Shown piece by piece: positions 39,805 to 50,375 of a stretch of DNA of 59,487 nucleotides; the first letter of the stretch is position 1, and each line of letters starts with the position of its first letter. The DNA is from an uncultured Bacteroidales bacterium. Its GTDB lineage: Bacteria; Bacteroidota; Bacteroidia; Bacteroidales; UBA12077. The position numbers were made by a program, and so were the translations under genes. The notes under the pieces are model-generated. The model was not told the origin of the DNA, searched no databases, and saw only the letters and a program-made list of their open reading frames with translations. The stretch lies in assembly GCA_964587535.1 (NCBI GenBank), contig CAZPMA010000003.1:1-59487 (forward strand), in the 5' to 3' direction.

Positions 39805-42189
39805 CTATTCTACTCTTAGCGATTCTGCCGGATTTGTATTAGCAGCTCTCCACGCCTGGTAGCTAATAGTTATAAATGTTATTGCAACAGTTATTAATCC
39901 AGCCATAATAAATATAAATAATCCTAAATTTGTTCTATACACAAAGTTTTGTAACCAATCGCGCATAAAATAGAATGATAATGGAAACGCAATTGCAATT
40001 GCTATTATAACCAATATTATAAATTCTTTTGATATCAATTTAACTACTGTAACTTCACTTGCTCCAACCACTTTTCGAATTCCGATTTCCTTTGTACGCT
40101 GCTCAACGGTATAGGATGCTAAACCGAATAATCCAAGACAAGCAATTAAAATAGCTAAAACTGTGAATAGAGTAAAAATAAATCCTCGTTTTTCATCAGC
40201 TCCAAACTGTTCGTTAAACCTGTCAGATAAGAACGAATATTCAAATGGTGACGAAGGAAATATGTCATTCCAACGGCTTTCAATGTATCGAATTGTTCCC
40301 TGTACATCTTCATCAGTCATTTTAATATATACTATTCGATTGTTCACTCTGTAAAAGTATAACAATGTCTCAATCTCGTTATACATTCCTGTCTGATGAA
40401 AATCTTTCATAACACCAACAACTTCAGCTCTCAGAAAATCCTGTCCCCCACGACCTTGTAGTTCAACTTTTTTACCTAAAGGTTTGTCCCAGTTAAAACG
40501 CTTTGCCATAGTTTCATTAACAATTACTCCAAGTAATGTATCTGAAGGCATATCTTCCTGGAAATCCCTACCTTGTTTCATTTCAATACCAAGAGTTTCT
40601 ATAAAGTCATGATCAATACTACCCAGATTAACTCCTTTTTGCTGCATTCCATCATCAGTCTCTATATTTAAGATAATTTTACCTGATCCTTCTCCCACTC
40701 TTGTACCTGTTGAACCAACGTATTTTATATTAGGATTTTCCAGCATTGCTTGTTTAAGAACAGGGTATTTGTCTACCATTTCCCTTGTCGTAAACTGTAA
40801 ACTGATCACATTTTGCATATCATAACCCAGATCTTTTGTTTTTAAGTAACTTAATTGCTTAAATACAACTAATGTAGATACAATCATTGCAACAGAAATT
40901 GAAAACTGAATTACAACAAGAACTCTTCTGAACATCTTTCCGGATGACCCTTTTGTAACTTCTCCTTTAAGCACTGATACCGGATTAAACCTTGATAAAT
41001 AAAATGCTGGATAACTTCCACCAAAAATTCCCACAACCAATATAATTGCAATTAAACTAATAATTACTACAGGGCTATAAACTATATCTATATCAAATGA
41101 TTTTCCTGCCAACTGGTTAAATTTGGGTAATAAAAGAACCAAAATAACTATACTTAAAACAACAGATATAAAAGTTAACACTGTTGATTCTGTTAAAAAC
41201 TGGGTTATCAAGCTTCCCCGATGCGATCCAACCACTTTACGTAATCCAACTTCTCGGGCTCTTTTTGTAGAACGAGCTGTTGCCAGATTCATATAATTCA
41301 TAGTTGCGATTAATATTAAAAACAGTGCAACAATGGCAAAAATCATAACATAAGCAAGACTACCTGTAGGTTCTGGCTCACCTTGTGCAGTAGATTTTAA
41401 ATGAATATCCGTAATTCGCATTAATTGATATTCGATGTTAATTCCTAGTCTTTCAAAAATCTCAGCCATATACTTATCATACATTTCCTGAATTTTATCT
41501 TCAAACTCTTTATAATTTATATCTTCAGGTAACAAAATATATGTATAAACACCAAAATTACCCCAACTTTGTCCGAAATCAGCAGGTAAACTACTCCTAG
41601 AAATTAATCCTTCAAAACGAAAATGAGAATTCCGTGGGACATCCTTAATTACACCTGTTATTTTATAAGATTGATCTCCATTAACAATTGCTTTACCTAT
41701 AGGATCTTCTTGACCAAAATATTTAGCGGCAACAGTCTCTGTTAAAATCAACGAATTAGGTTCAATCAATGCAGTAGCCCGATTTCCTTTTATAAACTTA
41801 TATGTAAATACATCAAATACATTGGAATCTGCATAATAGAAATTTTCTTCATAAAACTCCTTATCTTCAAATTTAAATAACTCTCTCCCATTATCAATAA
41901 ATCTCACAGCAGCTTCAACTTCAGGATAATCTTGCACCACCTGTGGTGCAAAAGGAATTTGAGCTACTATCCATGTAAAATCATCGTCGGTTTCTGAAAT
42001 ATGTGAAGCAACACGATAGATTCTGTCACCTTTTTCGTGATAACGATCATAACTTAATTCATTTGAAATATAAATAATCAGAAACAAAGCACTGGCTATT
42101 CCCAAAGTTAAGCCCAGAATATTTAAACCGCTGTATGCAAAGTCTTTAAAAATATTTCGAATTGCAGTTTTAATAAGATTTTTAAACAT
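39805..42189 (-). CDS. MacB/FtsX-type ABC permease
   Basis: NYMNLATARSTKRAREVGLRK, EQRTKEIGIRKVVGAS, ANTNPAESLRVE. Confidence 0.93.
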   Translation of the reverse strand: MFKNLIKTAIRNIFKDFAYSGLNILGLTLGIASALFLIIYISNELSYDRYHEKGDRIYRVASHISETDDDFTWIVAQIPFAPQVVQDYPEVEAAVRFIDNGRELFKFEDKEFYEENFYYADSNVFDVFTYKFIKGNRATALIEPNSLILTETVAAKYFGQEDPIGKAIVNGDQSYKITGVIKDVPRNSHFRFEGLISRSSLPADFGQSWGNFGVYTYILLPEDINYKEFEDKIQEMYDKYMAEIFERLGINIEYQLMRITDIHLKSTAQGEPEPTGSLAYVMIFAIVALFLILIATMNYMNLATARSTKRAREVGLRKVVGSHRGSLITQFLTESTVLTFISVVLSIVILVLLLPKFNQLAGKSFDIDIVYSPVVIISLIAIILVVGIFGGSYPAFYLSRFNPVSVLKGEVTKGSSGKMFRRVLVVIQFSISVAMIVSTLVVFKQLSYLKTKDLGYDMQNVISLQFTTREMVDKYPVLKQAMLENPNIKYVGSTGTRVGEGSGKIILNIETDDGMQQKGVNLGSIDHDFIETLGIEMKQGRDFQEDMPSDTLLGVIVNETMAKRFNWDKPLGKKVELQGRGGQDFLRAEVVGVMKDFHQTGMYNEIETLLYFYRVNNRIVYIKMTDEDVQGTIRYIESRWNDIFPSSPFEYSFLSDRFNEQFGADEKRGFIFTLFTVLAILIACLGLFGLASYTVEQRTKEIGIRKVVGASEVTVVKLISKEFIILVIIAIAIAFPLSFYFMRDWLQNFVYRTNLGLFIFIMAGLITVAITFITISYQAWRAANTNPAESLRVE

Positions 42190-42340
42190 AGTATTTAGTT
42201 TTAATTTATATACGAATCAATTCGTAGTAAAAGTATACATTAATTCCCGTTTTGTCAATTTATAAATTGTTAAATATTTGTTAAAGTCATAATAACCGCT
42301 ATAAAATTCATTAAAAAAGTTGGAAACAAATTAATTACTG

Positions 42341-42356
42341 ATCTAATTTCATGCCA
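42341..42356 (-). promoter_or_regulatory. sigma54-like -24/-12 promoter
   Basis: Minus strand TGGCAT-GAAAT-TAGAT, about 150 nt upstream of the ATG. Confidence 0.45.
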
Positions 42357-42403
42357 TCACCTATTATTACATTGTTTATTAATTTATTAGATAATTTTTG
42401 AAG

Positions 42404-42449
42404 TATATCTTAATGCCCGATAACGGGCATTAAGATATAAAATCGAACA
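42404..42449. promoter_or_regulatory. Perfect 16-bp-arm palindrome containing a candidate enhancer, plus a second half site
   Basis: tatatcttaatgcccg-ataa-cgggcattaagatata (42404-42439; core TGCCCG-N4-CGGGCA); CGAACA half site 20 bp further. Confidence 0.5.
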
Positions 42450-42833
42450 CCTGAAAAATATTGATATTATTCATATCGAACTTTATTATCAAGTTCTATA
42501 CTTACTGATATTAAAATCCTTTCTAAGCATATATTAATGAATATAAAATTCACAGATAAGCAAGGTTTAAGTCAATCATTATCTAAGCTTTATAAATTAT
42601 GAGATTATATAGTGGAGGTATTTCTGTAATATCGAATGCTGAAAAAAACCATCCTTTAATTTAATATTTTAAAAATTAAAAGTATGAATTAAACTAAAAT
42701 CAAATTTGTTACTCTGATATATAAGACTATTGAATAGAATTAAAATTGAAAATTTTACAGATTACCTCATCTGTTTTATTGAATATATTTTTGTTTGCAT
42801 AAAATATTTTAGATCTTTAAAAAAAATACATCT

Positions 42834-44354
42834 ATGAAAAAAACATTATTACCAACTGTGTTTAAGCTAATAATCTTATCATTAGCTATTGGTTTTTTAT
42901 ATTCTTGTGAGAATAAAACCGAAGAGCTCAATAAATTTCTCACTCAAAAAGAAATTCAATACGAACAAATTTGTTTTGATTTGGGACAAGCCTACTGGAA
43001 TTTTTATTCTGATGAAAATGAATATGACCTGAAAGCACCCAAAGATGATTTTTATGCTTTATTAACAAATGACACATTAAATAATTTAATTGACACCTGG
43101 CACCTTAAAAAAGAAGAAATTAATGACACTATCTTAAAAAGAAGAATTGATATGTGGCACAATGTATTGCTTTCTGCAAAGGTTGAATATGATGCCGATA
43201 TCATGAAACTAAGAAATGAGCTTGAAGAAATGTTTGATGTTTCTGGTGAAGCAGATAAATCAAATTATGATTATGAAGGAAATATAGTAAAGCTTATAAA
43301 GATGCGTAATCAAAAATCTGTTGAATTAGGTTTTGATAATTATGCTCATCTAAGCTTTGAAGTAAATGGTTTGGGATACGAATGGTTTACAAACTTTGTT
43401 AAGGTATTAGATGAAGCAACTGTTGGTCCGTATACAGATTTGGTAAATGAATTAAAAAAGGAACAAAATATTAATGATTTTAGTCGAAAACAATTCTTTT
43501 ACTTTATTGGACAATTTTTTTCAAATAATAACCCCAGAAAAATCAATACAGATAATAATATTGAACTTGTAAAGGAATCACTGCACAATATTGGGATTAA
43601 TTATGACGAACTCCCTGCTAAATTGGTTGAAATGGAATTGCCTGACGGAATTGGCGGTCAGGGGCTTATGATTAATATACCGAATGATTTTCGTGCTGTA
43701 ATGACTTTAGGTATGGATATCTCTGTCTGGATGCATGAAATGGGACATGGTTTACATGGACTTTATAATTCAATTAACACTCCTATATTAGAAGGCTACG
43801 AATGGATCCCGGGTAATGGAAATGGCGCTTTTGCTGAAGGTATGGCAGAAACAAATGCAAGATTCGCACAAAATATCGAATGGCAAATAAAATACACCGA
43901 ACTAACAGAAGATGAGATTATAAAACGAAAAGAATTGGTAAATAAGTACGCACCTGTTTTCATAAGATATCATTTATTTTATTGTCTGAGAGAATTAAAT
44001 TTATATCTGAATCCTGAAAAGCCTTTTGAAGAAATTGATTTAGAGTTAGCTAAAAAATATTTTTTGATTGAAACAAATGACCTTCATTTAAGAGGTTTAA
44101 AAGATATGATCTATGTTTCTTATCCCCTGTATTTGCAAAATTACTTACTTGCTGATCTTGTATCAACCCAGATACACACAACACTGGAAGAAAAATTTGG
44201 AAAAGATTATGCCTTTAATAAGGATGTGGGAAAATATTTAGCTGATAAATTCTATAGTAAAGGAGAATACTTCGACTGGAATACTAGATTAGAAAACGGA
44301 ACAGGCAAACCACTTGACATTGAGCAATATTTGAAATTTTATAATATAAAATAA
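42834..44354 (+). CDS. Lipoprotein gluzincin metallopeptidase (M2/M3-like)
   Basis: Lipobox LYS-C; HEMGH plus downstream FAEGMAE third ligand; helical composition. Confidence 0.78.
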   Translation: MKKTLLPTVFKLIILSLAIGFLYSCENKTEELNKFLTQKEIQYEQICFDLGQAYWNFYSDENEYDLKAPKDDFYALLTNDTLNNLIDTWHLKKEEINDTILKRRIDMWHNVLLSAKVEYDADIMKLRNELEEMFDVSGEADKSNYDYEGNIVKLIKMRNQKSVELGFDNYAHLSFEVNGLGYEWFTNFVKVLDEATVGPYTDLVNELKKEQNINDFSRKQFFYFIGQFFSNNNPRKINTDNNIELVKESLHNIGINYDELPAKLVEMELPDGIGGQGLMINIPNDFRAVMTLGMDISVWMHEMGHGLHGLYNSINTPILEGYEWIPGNGNGAFAEGMAETNARFAQNIEWQIKYTELTEDEIIKRKELVNKYAPVFIRYHLFYCLRELNLYLNPEKPFEEIDLELAKKYFLIETNDLHLRGLKDMIYVSYPLYLQNYLLADLVSTQIHTTLEEKFGKDYAFNKDVGKYLADKFYSKGEYFDWNTRLENGTGKPLDIEQYLKFYNIK

Positions 44355-44372
44355 TTAACATTCCTGCTACTT

Positions 44373-44408
44373 AAATAAATGAGATCAAAAATTTGATCTC
44401 ATTTATTT
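44373..44408 (+). terminator. Intrinsic terminator
   Basis: aaataaatgagatcaaa/tttgatctcatttattt hairpin followed by T run. Confidence 0.75.
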
Positions 44409-44550
44409 TTGTTAAAAACTCTCATAAATTGTAATAAAAAGCTGTAACCAAACACTAATATTGTCGTCATAGATTAAGTATTATCAAAGTAAATACAATA
44501 TTTACTTTATATAGATGTTAATTTCAGAAAGAGTGAACCTAAAATAGCTG

Positions 44551-45441
44551 ATGAAAATACAAATTGAGAATCTGGATAAGATCTACAAAAACGGTAAAAA
44601 AGCGCTTTCAGATGTAAACCTTGAAATTGAAAATGGAATGTTTGGTTTACTCGGTCCGAATGGAGCTGGTAAATCAAGTTTAATGCGTATACTGGTTACT
44701 TTAATGAAACCTAGTAAAGGAAAAGTTAATGTGAATGGCTTTGATCTTTTAAAAGATCGTTCAGAAATAAGAAAAATGCTTGGATATCTACCTCAAGATT
44801 TTAGATTTTTTACCAAGTTAAAAACATGGGAGTTTTTAAGTTACGCTGCTGGCTTATCAGGCATAACAAGTAAAAAAGAAAGATCTGAGAAAGTCGATGA
44901 ATGGCTCGACAAAGTTGGCTTATTTGATGTAAGAGATCGAAGTGCCAACAAGCTTTCAGGTGGGATGAAACGTCGATTAGGAATTGCACAGGCATTGATT
45001 GGCGACCCTCAGATTATTGTAGTTGATGAACCAACAACGGGGCTTGATCCGGAAGAACGTATTCGATTCAGAAATATATTATCAGAAATTAGCCAAAGAG
45101 ATGTGATAATTATACTTTCTACACATATTGTTGGAGATATATCCAGTGTTTGTCAGGACCTTGCATTATTAAACAAAGGAAACGTTGAATTTAAAGGTTC
45201 GCCTGAAGAATTAATCAGTAAAACCAAAGGACACGTTTGGCAAGTAGCCACATCTGGTTTTGAGTATGAAATGCTTAAAGAAAAATATGCTATAATATCT
45301 ACTATTCCGGCTGAAGAAGGTTGGGAAGTTCAACTGGTTGGCGATGAACTTAATGTAAAAAATGCCATTGAAATTGAACCTAATCTTGAACATGCATATG
45401 TCTATTTTATGGAATACTTAACCAATAAAAACAGATTCTAA
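44551..45441 (+). CDS. ABC-2 type ATP-binding protein
   Basis: GPNGAGKS, LSGGMKRR, VVDEPT, STH. Confidence 0.95.
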   Translation: MKIQIENLDKIYKNGKKALSDVNLEIENGMFGLLGPNGAGKSSLMRILVTLMKPSKGKVNVNGFDLLKDRSEIRKMLGYLPQDFRFFTKLKTWEFLSYAAGLSGITSKKERSEKVDEWLDKVGLFDVRDRSANKLSGGMKRRLGIAQALIGDPQIIVVDEPTTGLDPEERIRFRNILSEISQRDVIIILSTHIVGDISSVCQDLALLNKGNVEFKGSPEELISKTKGHVWQVATSGFEYEMLKEKYAIISTIPAEEGWEVQLVGDELNVKNAIEIEPNLEHAYVYFMEYLTNKNRF

Positions 45442-48400
45442 TGAACTCATTTCAAATCATACGTATTGTAGCCAATTTTGAATTAAAAACCCTTCTGCGC
45501 AGTTGGTTCTTTAGAATATTTGCAGGATTATTTATCATAGGATTAGGTATTTTTAATATCGCTGTTTATGTTGACTCAAGTGGATCTCCTTGGCTATACA
45601 GAGCATTGCCGGCAGCTATTCCTTATGCCAATTTAATCATCCTTAACCTTGGACAGGCAATTGTCGCTGTTTTTCTTGCTTCTGAATTTTTAAAACAAGA
45701 TAAAAAAAATGATACTGTTGAAGTTATTTATGTACGTTCTATGACTAATGCCCAATACATTATTGGTAAAGCATTAGGTATTTTGTCTGTATTTATTATT
45801 TTAAATCTGATTATATTAATATTTGGTATTGGATTTTCATTCTTAAGCGGAGATTCAGCCAAAGGTATAGGCGAGTTTTTCTTATATCCTATATTTATTA
45901 GTATCCCTACCCTGATATTTATACTTGGCTTATCATTCTTTTTAATGACCTTACTTAAAAATCAAGCGATTACATTTATTTTATTGCTTGGTTATATAGC
46001 ATTAACAATATTCTATTTAAATGAAAAATATTATCACCTATTTGATTATATAGCGTACCAGGTTCCTATGATGAACTCTACCATTGGTGGTTTTGGAAAC
46101 ATACAGGAAATTATTATTCACCGAGGAATATACTTTCTTTTAGGAATTGGTTTAATCTTTTTTACTGTTTTTAAACTGGAACGATTACCACAATCAAAAA
46201 AGTTTAAGTCTTTCCCTTTATTATTAGCTTTTATATTTCTTTCTTCTGGTTTTTTTCTAGGATATAAATACATTTCAATTAAAGGGTACAATGTTGTTCA
46301 AAAGAAGGAAATGATTGCTCTTAATAATAAATATTGCAATCTTCCAAGAGTTCATATTGATGAAACAAACATTAATCTGGAACACACAGAAAAAACAATT
46401 CATGTTAAAACTGAATTAAACCTTTCCAATAAAACAAAAAAAAATATTTTCAACATTATATTTAGTTTAAATCCTTCATTACAAGTCAAATATCTTAAAA
46501 TTAATGGTCAGGAGACAGCATTTGAAAGAGATTTACATTTAATTAAGATTGATTACAAATCAGGACTTAAACCAAATGAAAAATTATTAATTACAATTGA
46601 ATATAAAGGACAAATCAATGAAAATACACATTCGTTAGACCAAGACTTTGAAGAATACAAAGATTATTTTCCAATGGAAATTTTTAAAGCAAGAAAACGT
46701 TTTGCTTACATTCAAAATGACTTTGTTTGCTTAACCAGCGAATCTTTATGGTATCCAACATCAGGAGTAACTTATGCAACAGATAAACCTGCATACTATC
46801 AACCTGACTTTACTAAATTCAGCTTAAATGTTAAAACAAAAAATGGATTAACAGCGGTATCTCAGGGAAATTCAGAATTAAATGAGAGTGGGGTTTTTGA
46901 ATTTAGAAATAGTGTAGCATTACCAAAAATAAGTTTATTAATAGCTAACTATAAAAAATATTCAATCGCAGTTGATTCAGTTGAATATGCCGTATATACC
47001 ACTCAAAAGAATGATTATTTCATAGATCATTTTACTGAATTTAAAGATACTCTGCCAGCAATAATTAGAGAATTAAGAGACGAATATGGTACCTTACTCG
47101 ATTTAAATTATGGATTTGACAGATTCTATTTAGCGGAAGTTCCAATTCATTTTGCTCTTGACAAACATATTTGGTCGGTAACCAGTGATGCAGTACAACC
47201 TGAAATAATATTTTACCCTGAAAAAGGTGTAATAATGGAAGAAACTGATTTCAAAAGAAGAAAGAAGCGTTATGAGAAAAGAATGAAAGAAAACAACGAA
47301 GAAGTCACCCCTGAAGAATTGCAGGTTAGAATATTTAAACGTTTTGTACGCGGAAACTTTATGGCTCCACCTACTGAATGGTATCAATTTAGTGAAGTTG
47401 TTGATAAATATACATATAGTTTAATCCCAAATTATTACAGCTTTGTAACTCATATTGAATCTGAAGATTATCCTGTACTTAATTTGGCCCTTGAAATATA
47501 TTTACGTGAACGAAATGTAAATAATTTATCATCCAATAGGTGGTTTTGGCGAGGAATAAGCAAAGGCGAAAAAATTAATCTTGAGCTTAAAGAAGCAAGT
47601 CTTGCTAACTTGTTAAAAAAAGGAGTTAAAAAAGGAAATGAAGATGATGAAGATGGGGATCCTCTTAAAATTAACGATATAATTCTTGCAAAAGGAGATT
47701 ATTTATTCTCATTATTCAGAGCTCGTTACGGCGAAGTGGAATTTAATAATCTTTTAAATGATCTAATTAATAATAACAGGCATCAATCAATTAAATTTCA
47801 AGATTTAGAAAGTGAAATTGTAAGTACATTTAATCATTCTATCTCCAACGAAATAGAAAACTGGTATACCAAAAAAGAACTTCCAGGTTTTTTAATAAAA
47901 GATCTGGAAACCTACAAAGTACTTGATGGTGAGTATACCAAATATCAGGTGAGGTTTAAAATTGCCAATCCGGAATCAGTTGATGGTATCATTTCTATGA
48001 ATATTGATTTAGATGATAAAAGCAATGCAAGTAATTTTAGATCAGATGAACCTGAGCAACCAGACTATACAAATAAAATTTTTATCCCGGCAAAAACAGC
48101 TAAGGAAATAGGTATTGTTTTTAACACAGAACCAACAAGAATGAATATTTACACAAATATCTCAGAAAATCTGCCTAATAATCTTATTTATGATTTTTCG
48201 GGTTTTGAAGAAACAAAGAAGATACCTGTTCTGGATAATATTAAGAAATATGAACTATTCACAGAAATTTCAAACCCTGGTGAAATAATCGTTGACAATG
48301 AAGATAAAGGATTTGAATATATACAGGAATTAAATGAAAGTTACTTGCGTACATTGATAAACAAAGAGAAAGTAGACAGGTATAAATATTCCGGATTAAA

Positions 48401-48797
48401 TTTCTGGAATCCACCATCAGAATGGAAACCTGTTTTAAGGTCTGAATTCTATGGTAAATATGTAAGGTCTGGTTATTACACTCGCACAGGAGATGGAAGC
48501 AGAATAGCTCAGTGGAATGCAGATTTAACTGAAGGTGCTTATTATGACATATATTGTTATATAGTTAAATTAAACATTGAATGGAGTCGTGAAAAACGTA
48601 AGCCAAATTATAATTTCAAAATATACAACGACGACGGCATTGATGAAGTTATACTTACCGATGAAGAGTTAGATCAAGGTTGGAACTACATTGGAACATT
48701 TTATATATCCCCTGCAAATGCTAAAGTAGAGCTAACTAATAAATCAGTTGGAAAAATGATATATGCCGATGCTATAAAATGGGTTAAAAACAATTAA
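45441..48797 (+). CDS. ABC-2 type permease fused to a large extracytoplasmic M1-aminopeptidase-like region and a C-terminal golvesin/xanthan-lyase-like beta-sandwich
   Basis: About 7 N-terminal TMs, ..DTVEVIYVRSMTNAQYIIGK..; SESLWYP and FSLNVKT...LTAVSQG are M1-like; no HExxH found; ends IIVDNED...GWNYIGTFY...IYADAIKWVK. Confidence 0.7.
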   Translation: MNSFQIIRIVANFELKTLLRSWFFRIFAGLFIIGLGIFNIAVYVDSSGSPWLYRALPAAIPYANLIILNLGQAIVAVFLASEFLKQDKKNDTVEVIYVRSMTNAQYIIGKALGILSVFIILNLIILIFGIGFSFLSGDSAKGIGEFFLYPIFISIPTLIFILGLSFFLMTLLKNQAITFILLLGYIALTIFYLNEKYYHLFDYIAYQVPMMNSTIGGFGNIQEIIIHRGIYFLLGIGLIFFTVFKLERLPQSKKFKSFPLLLAFIFLSSGFFLGYKYISIKGYNVVQKKEMIALNNKYCNLPRVHIDETNINLEHTEKTIHVKTELNLSNKTKKNIFNIIFSLNPSLQVKYLKINGQETAFERDLHLIKIDYKSGLKPNEKLLITIEYKGQINENTHSLDQDFEEYKDYFPMEIFKARKRFAYIQNDFVCLTSESLWYPTSGVTYATDKPAYYQPDFTKFSLNVKTKNGLTAVSQGNSELNESGVFEFRNSVALPKISLLIANYKKYSIAVDSVEYAVYTTQKNDYFIDHFTEFKDTLPAIIRELRDEYGTLLDLNYGFDRFYLAEVPIHFALDKHIWSVTSDAVQPEIIFYPEKGVIMEETDFKRRKKRYEKRMKENNEEVTPEELQVRIFKRFVRGNFMAPPTEWYQFSEVVDKYTYSLIPNYYSFVTHIESEDYPVLNLALEIYLRERNVNNLSSNRWFWRGISKGEKINLELKEASLANLLKKGVKKGNEDDEDGDPLKINDIILAKGDYLFSLFRARYGEVEFNNLLNDLINNNRHQSIKFQDLESEIVSTFNHSISNEIENWYTKKELPGFLIKDLETYKVLDGEYTKYQVRFKIANPESVDGIISMNIDLDDKSNASNFRSDEPEQPDYTNKIFIPAKTAKEIGIVFNTEPTRMNIYTNISENLPNNLIYDFSGFEETKKIPVLDNIKKYELFTEISNPGEIIVDNEDKGFEYIQELNESYLRTLINKEKVDRYKYSGLNFWNPPSEWKPVLRSEFYGKYVRSGYYTRTGDGSRIAQWNADLTEGAYYDIYCYIVKLNIEWSREKRKPNYNFKIYNDDGIDEVILTDEELDQGWNYIGTFYISPANAKVELTNKSVGKMIYADAIKWVKNN

Positions 48798-48830
48798 ATA
48801 AAAAAAGTAAACAATAAAATCACACATAAA

Positions 48831-50348
48831 ATGCTAAGAATAAAAATACTATTTATAGGCCTAATGATTTTCAGTGCTTTAATAACTCAAGGGCAAAAAG
48901 TACTCACTCTTGACGATGCGTTGAGTATTGCATTAGAAAACAGTCCTGAAATTAAACAATCAAAGTTTTCAATGGAACAAAACAGAGAGTATTTAAATGC
49001 ACAATTATCTATGCTAAAGACACAATTCTCACTAAATGTTTCCCCTTTTCAATATTCAAATAGCGAAACGTATAACGAGTATTATTCACAATGGTATAAT
49101 TCGGAAAATACATCATCAAACGGAGGCTTAATAATCTCGCAACCTGTAAAATGGACAGACGGTACATTATCTCTGAGAAATGATTTCGAATATAAATCAA
49201 CATCGACAGAAACATTTGATACTTATACTGATCCATTAAATCCTACAAAAGTATCTAACACCTATAGTGGATTTGATAACAATTTATATCTAAGCTATAA
49301 TCAACCTTTGTTTACTTATAACAGAACTAAGCTTAACTTAAAAAGATATGAATATAATCTGGAAAATTCTACGCTGGCATATTCGATTCAAATGCTAAGC
49401 ATGGAAAGACAGGTGACTCAGGCTTTTTATGCCATATATCAAAAGCAAATGGCTGTACAAATTGCCAATGAAGAATTTGAAAATCAAAAAATCAGTTTAG
49501 AAATAATAAAAAGTAAAGTTGAAGCGGGTTTATCTGCCCAGGAAGAATTGTTACAAGGTGAATTAAATTACTCAACAAGTCAATCAAACCATGATAATGC
49601 AGTGGTTGATCTTGAAAATGCAAAAGATGAATTTAAGCAACTTGTTGGATTACCATTAACTGATATTATTGAAATTAAAACAGACATTGAATATAAACCC
49701 GTTTTAATAGATTTAGACAAAGCAATAGAAAATGGTCTTGCTCAAAGATTGGAGCTTTCTCAAAGACAAATTGATTTAAACAATGCCGAATTAGACTTAA
49801 TCGAAACAAGCGCAACAAATGAATTCCGCGGTGACCTTGATTTATCAATTGGAATTATGGGTAATGATGAAGATTTTGCTTACATATATGATAAACCCAC
49901 ACGAAGTCCACAAGTTGGCATAACTTTTTCTATTCCAATTTTTGACTGGGGAGCAAGAAAATCCCAAATAAGAGCGGCTGAACTGGCAGTAGAATCAAAA
50001 GAACTTGATTTAAAATCAATGGAAAACGATATTGTGATTAGTATTCGAAAAATTGCACGTAACCTGCAAAACCTTAATAACCAAATTAAGATTGCAAAAC
50101 AAAATGAAAAGAATGCTCAGTTAACATATGATATCAATTTAGAAAGATATAGAAATGGCGATTTAACAAGTATTGATTTAGAAAGATATCAAAATCAGCT
50201 ATCGGAAAAGAAAATGGATTTAGCCAATGCTTTAATAAGTTATAAACTTGAGTTACTTAACTTAAAAATACAGTCGCTATGGGATTTTGAAAACAATACA
50301 TCATTCGTGCCACAAGAATTACAAAATAATATAAAAACTAAGGAATAA
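48831..50348 (+). CDS. TolC-family outer membrane channel
   Basis: Signal peptide, LTLDDALSIALENS, FSIPIFDWG, ERYRNGDLTSIDL. Confidence 0.9.
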   Translation: MLRIKILFIGLMIFSALITQGQKVLTLDDALSIALENSPEIKQSKFSMEQNREYLNAQLSMLKTQFSLNVSPFQYSNSETYNEYYSQWYNSENTSSNGGLIISQPVKWTDGTLSLRNDFEYKSTSTETFDTYTDPLNPTKVSNTYSGFDNNLYLSYNQPLFTYNRTKLNLKRYEYNLENSTLAYSIQMLSMERQVTQAFYAIYQKQMAVQIANEEFENQKISLEIIKSKVEAGLSAQEELLQGELNYSTSQSNHDNAVVDLENAKDEFKQLVGLPLTDIIEIKTDIEYKPVLIDLDKAIENGLAQRLELSQRQIDLNNAELDLIETSATNEFRGDLDLSIGIMGNDEDFAYIYDKPTRSPQVGITFSIPIFDWGARKSQIRAAELAVESKELDLKSMENDIVISIRKIARNLQNLNNQIKIAKQNEKNAQLTYDINLERYRNGDLTSIDLERYQNQLSEKKMDLANALISYKLELLNLKIQSLWDFENNTSFVPQELQNNIKTKE

Positions 50349-50375
50349 AATTTATAACAATAAAGTTAAGAAAAA

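Noticed and set aside
42190-42833. 644-bp AT-rich intergenic region as a possible sRNA or small-ORF locus
   Set aside because: Only very short ORFs; explained by divergent promoters and the palindrome already listed
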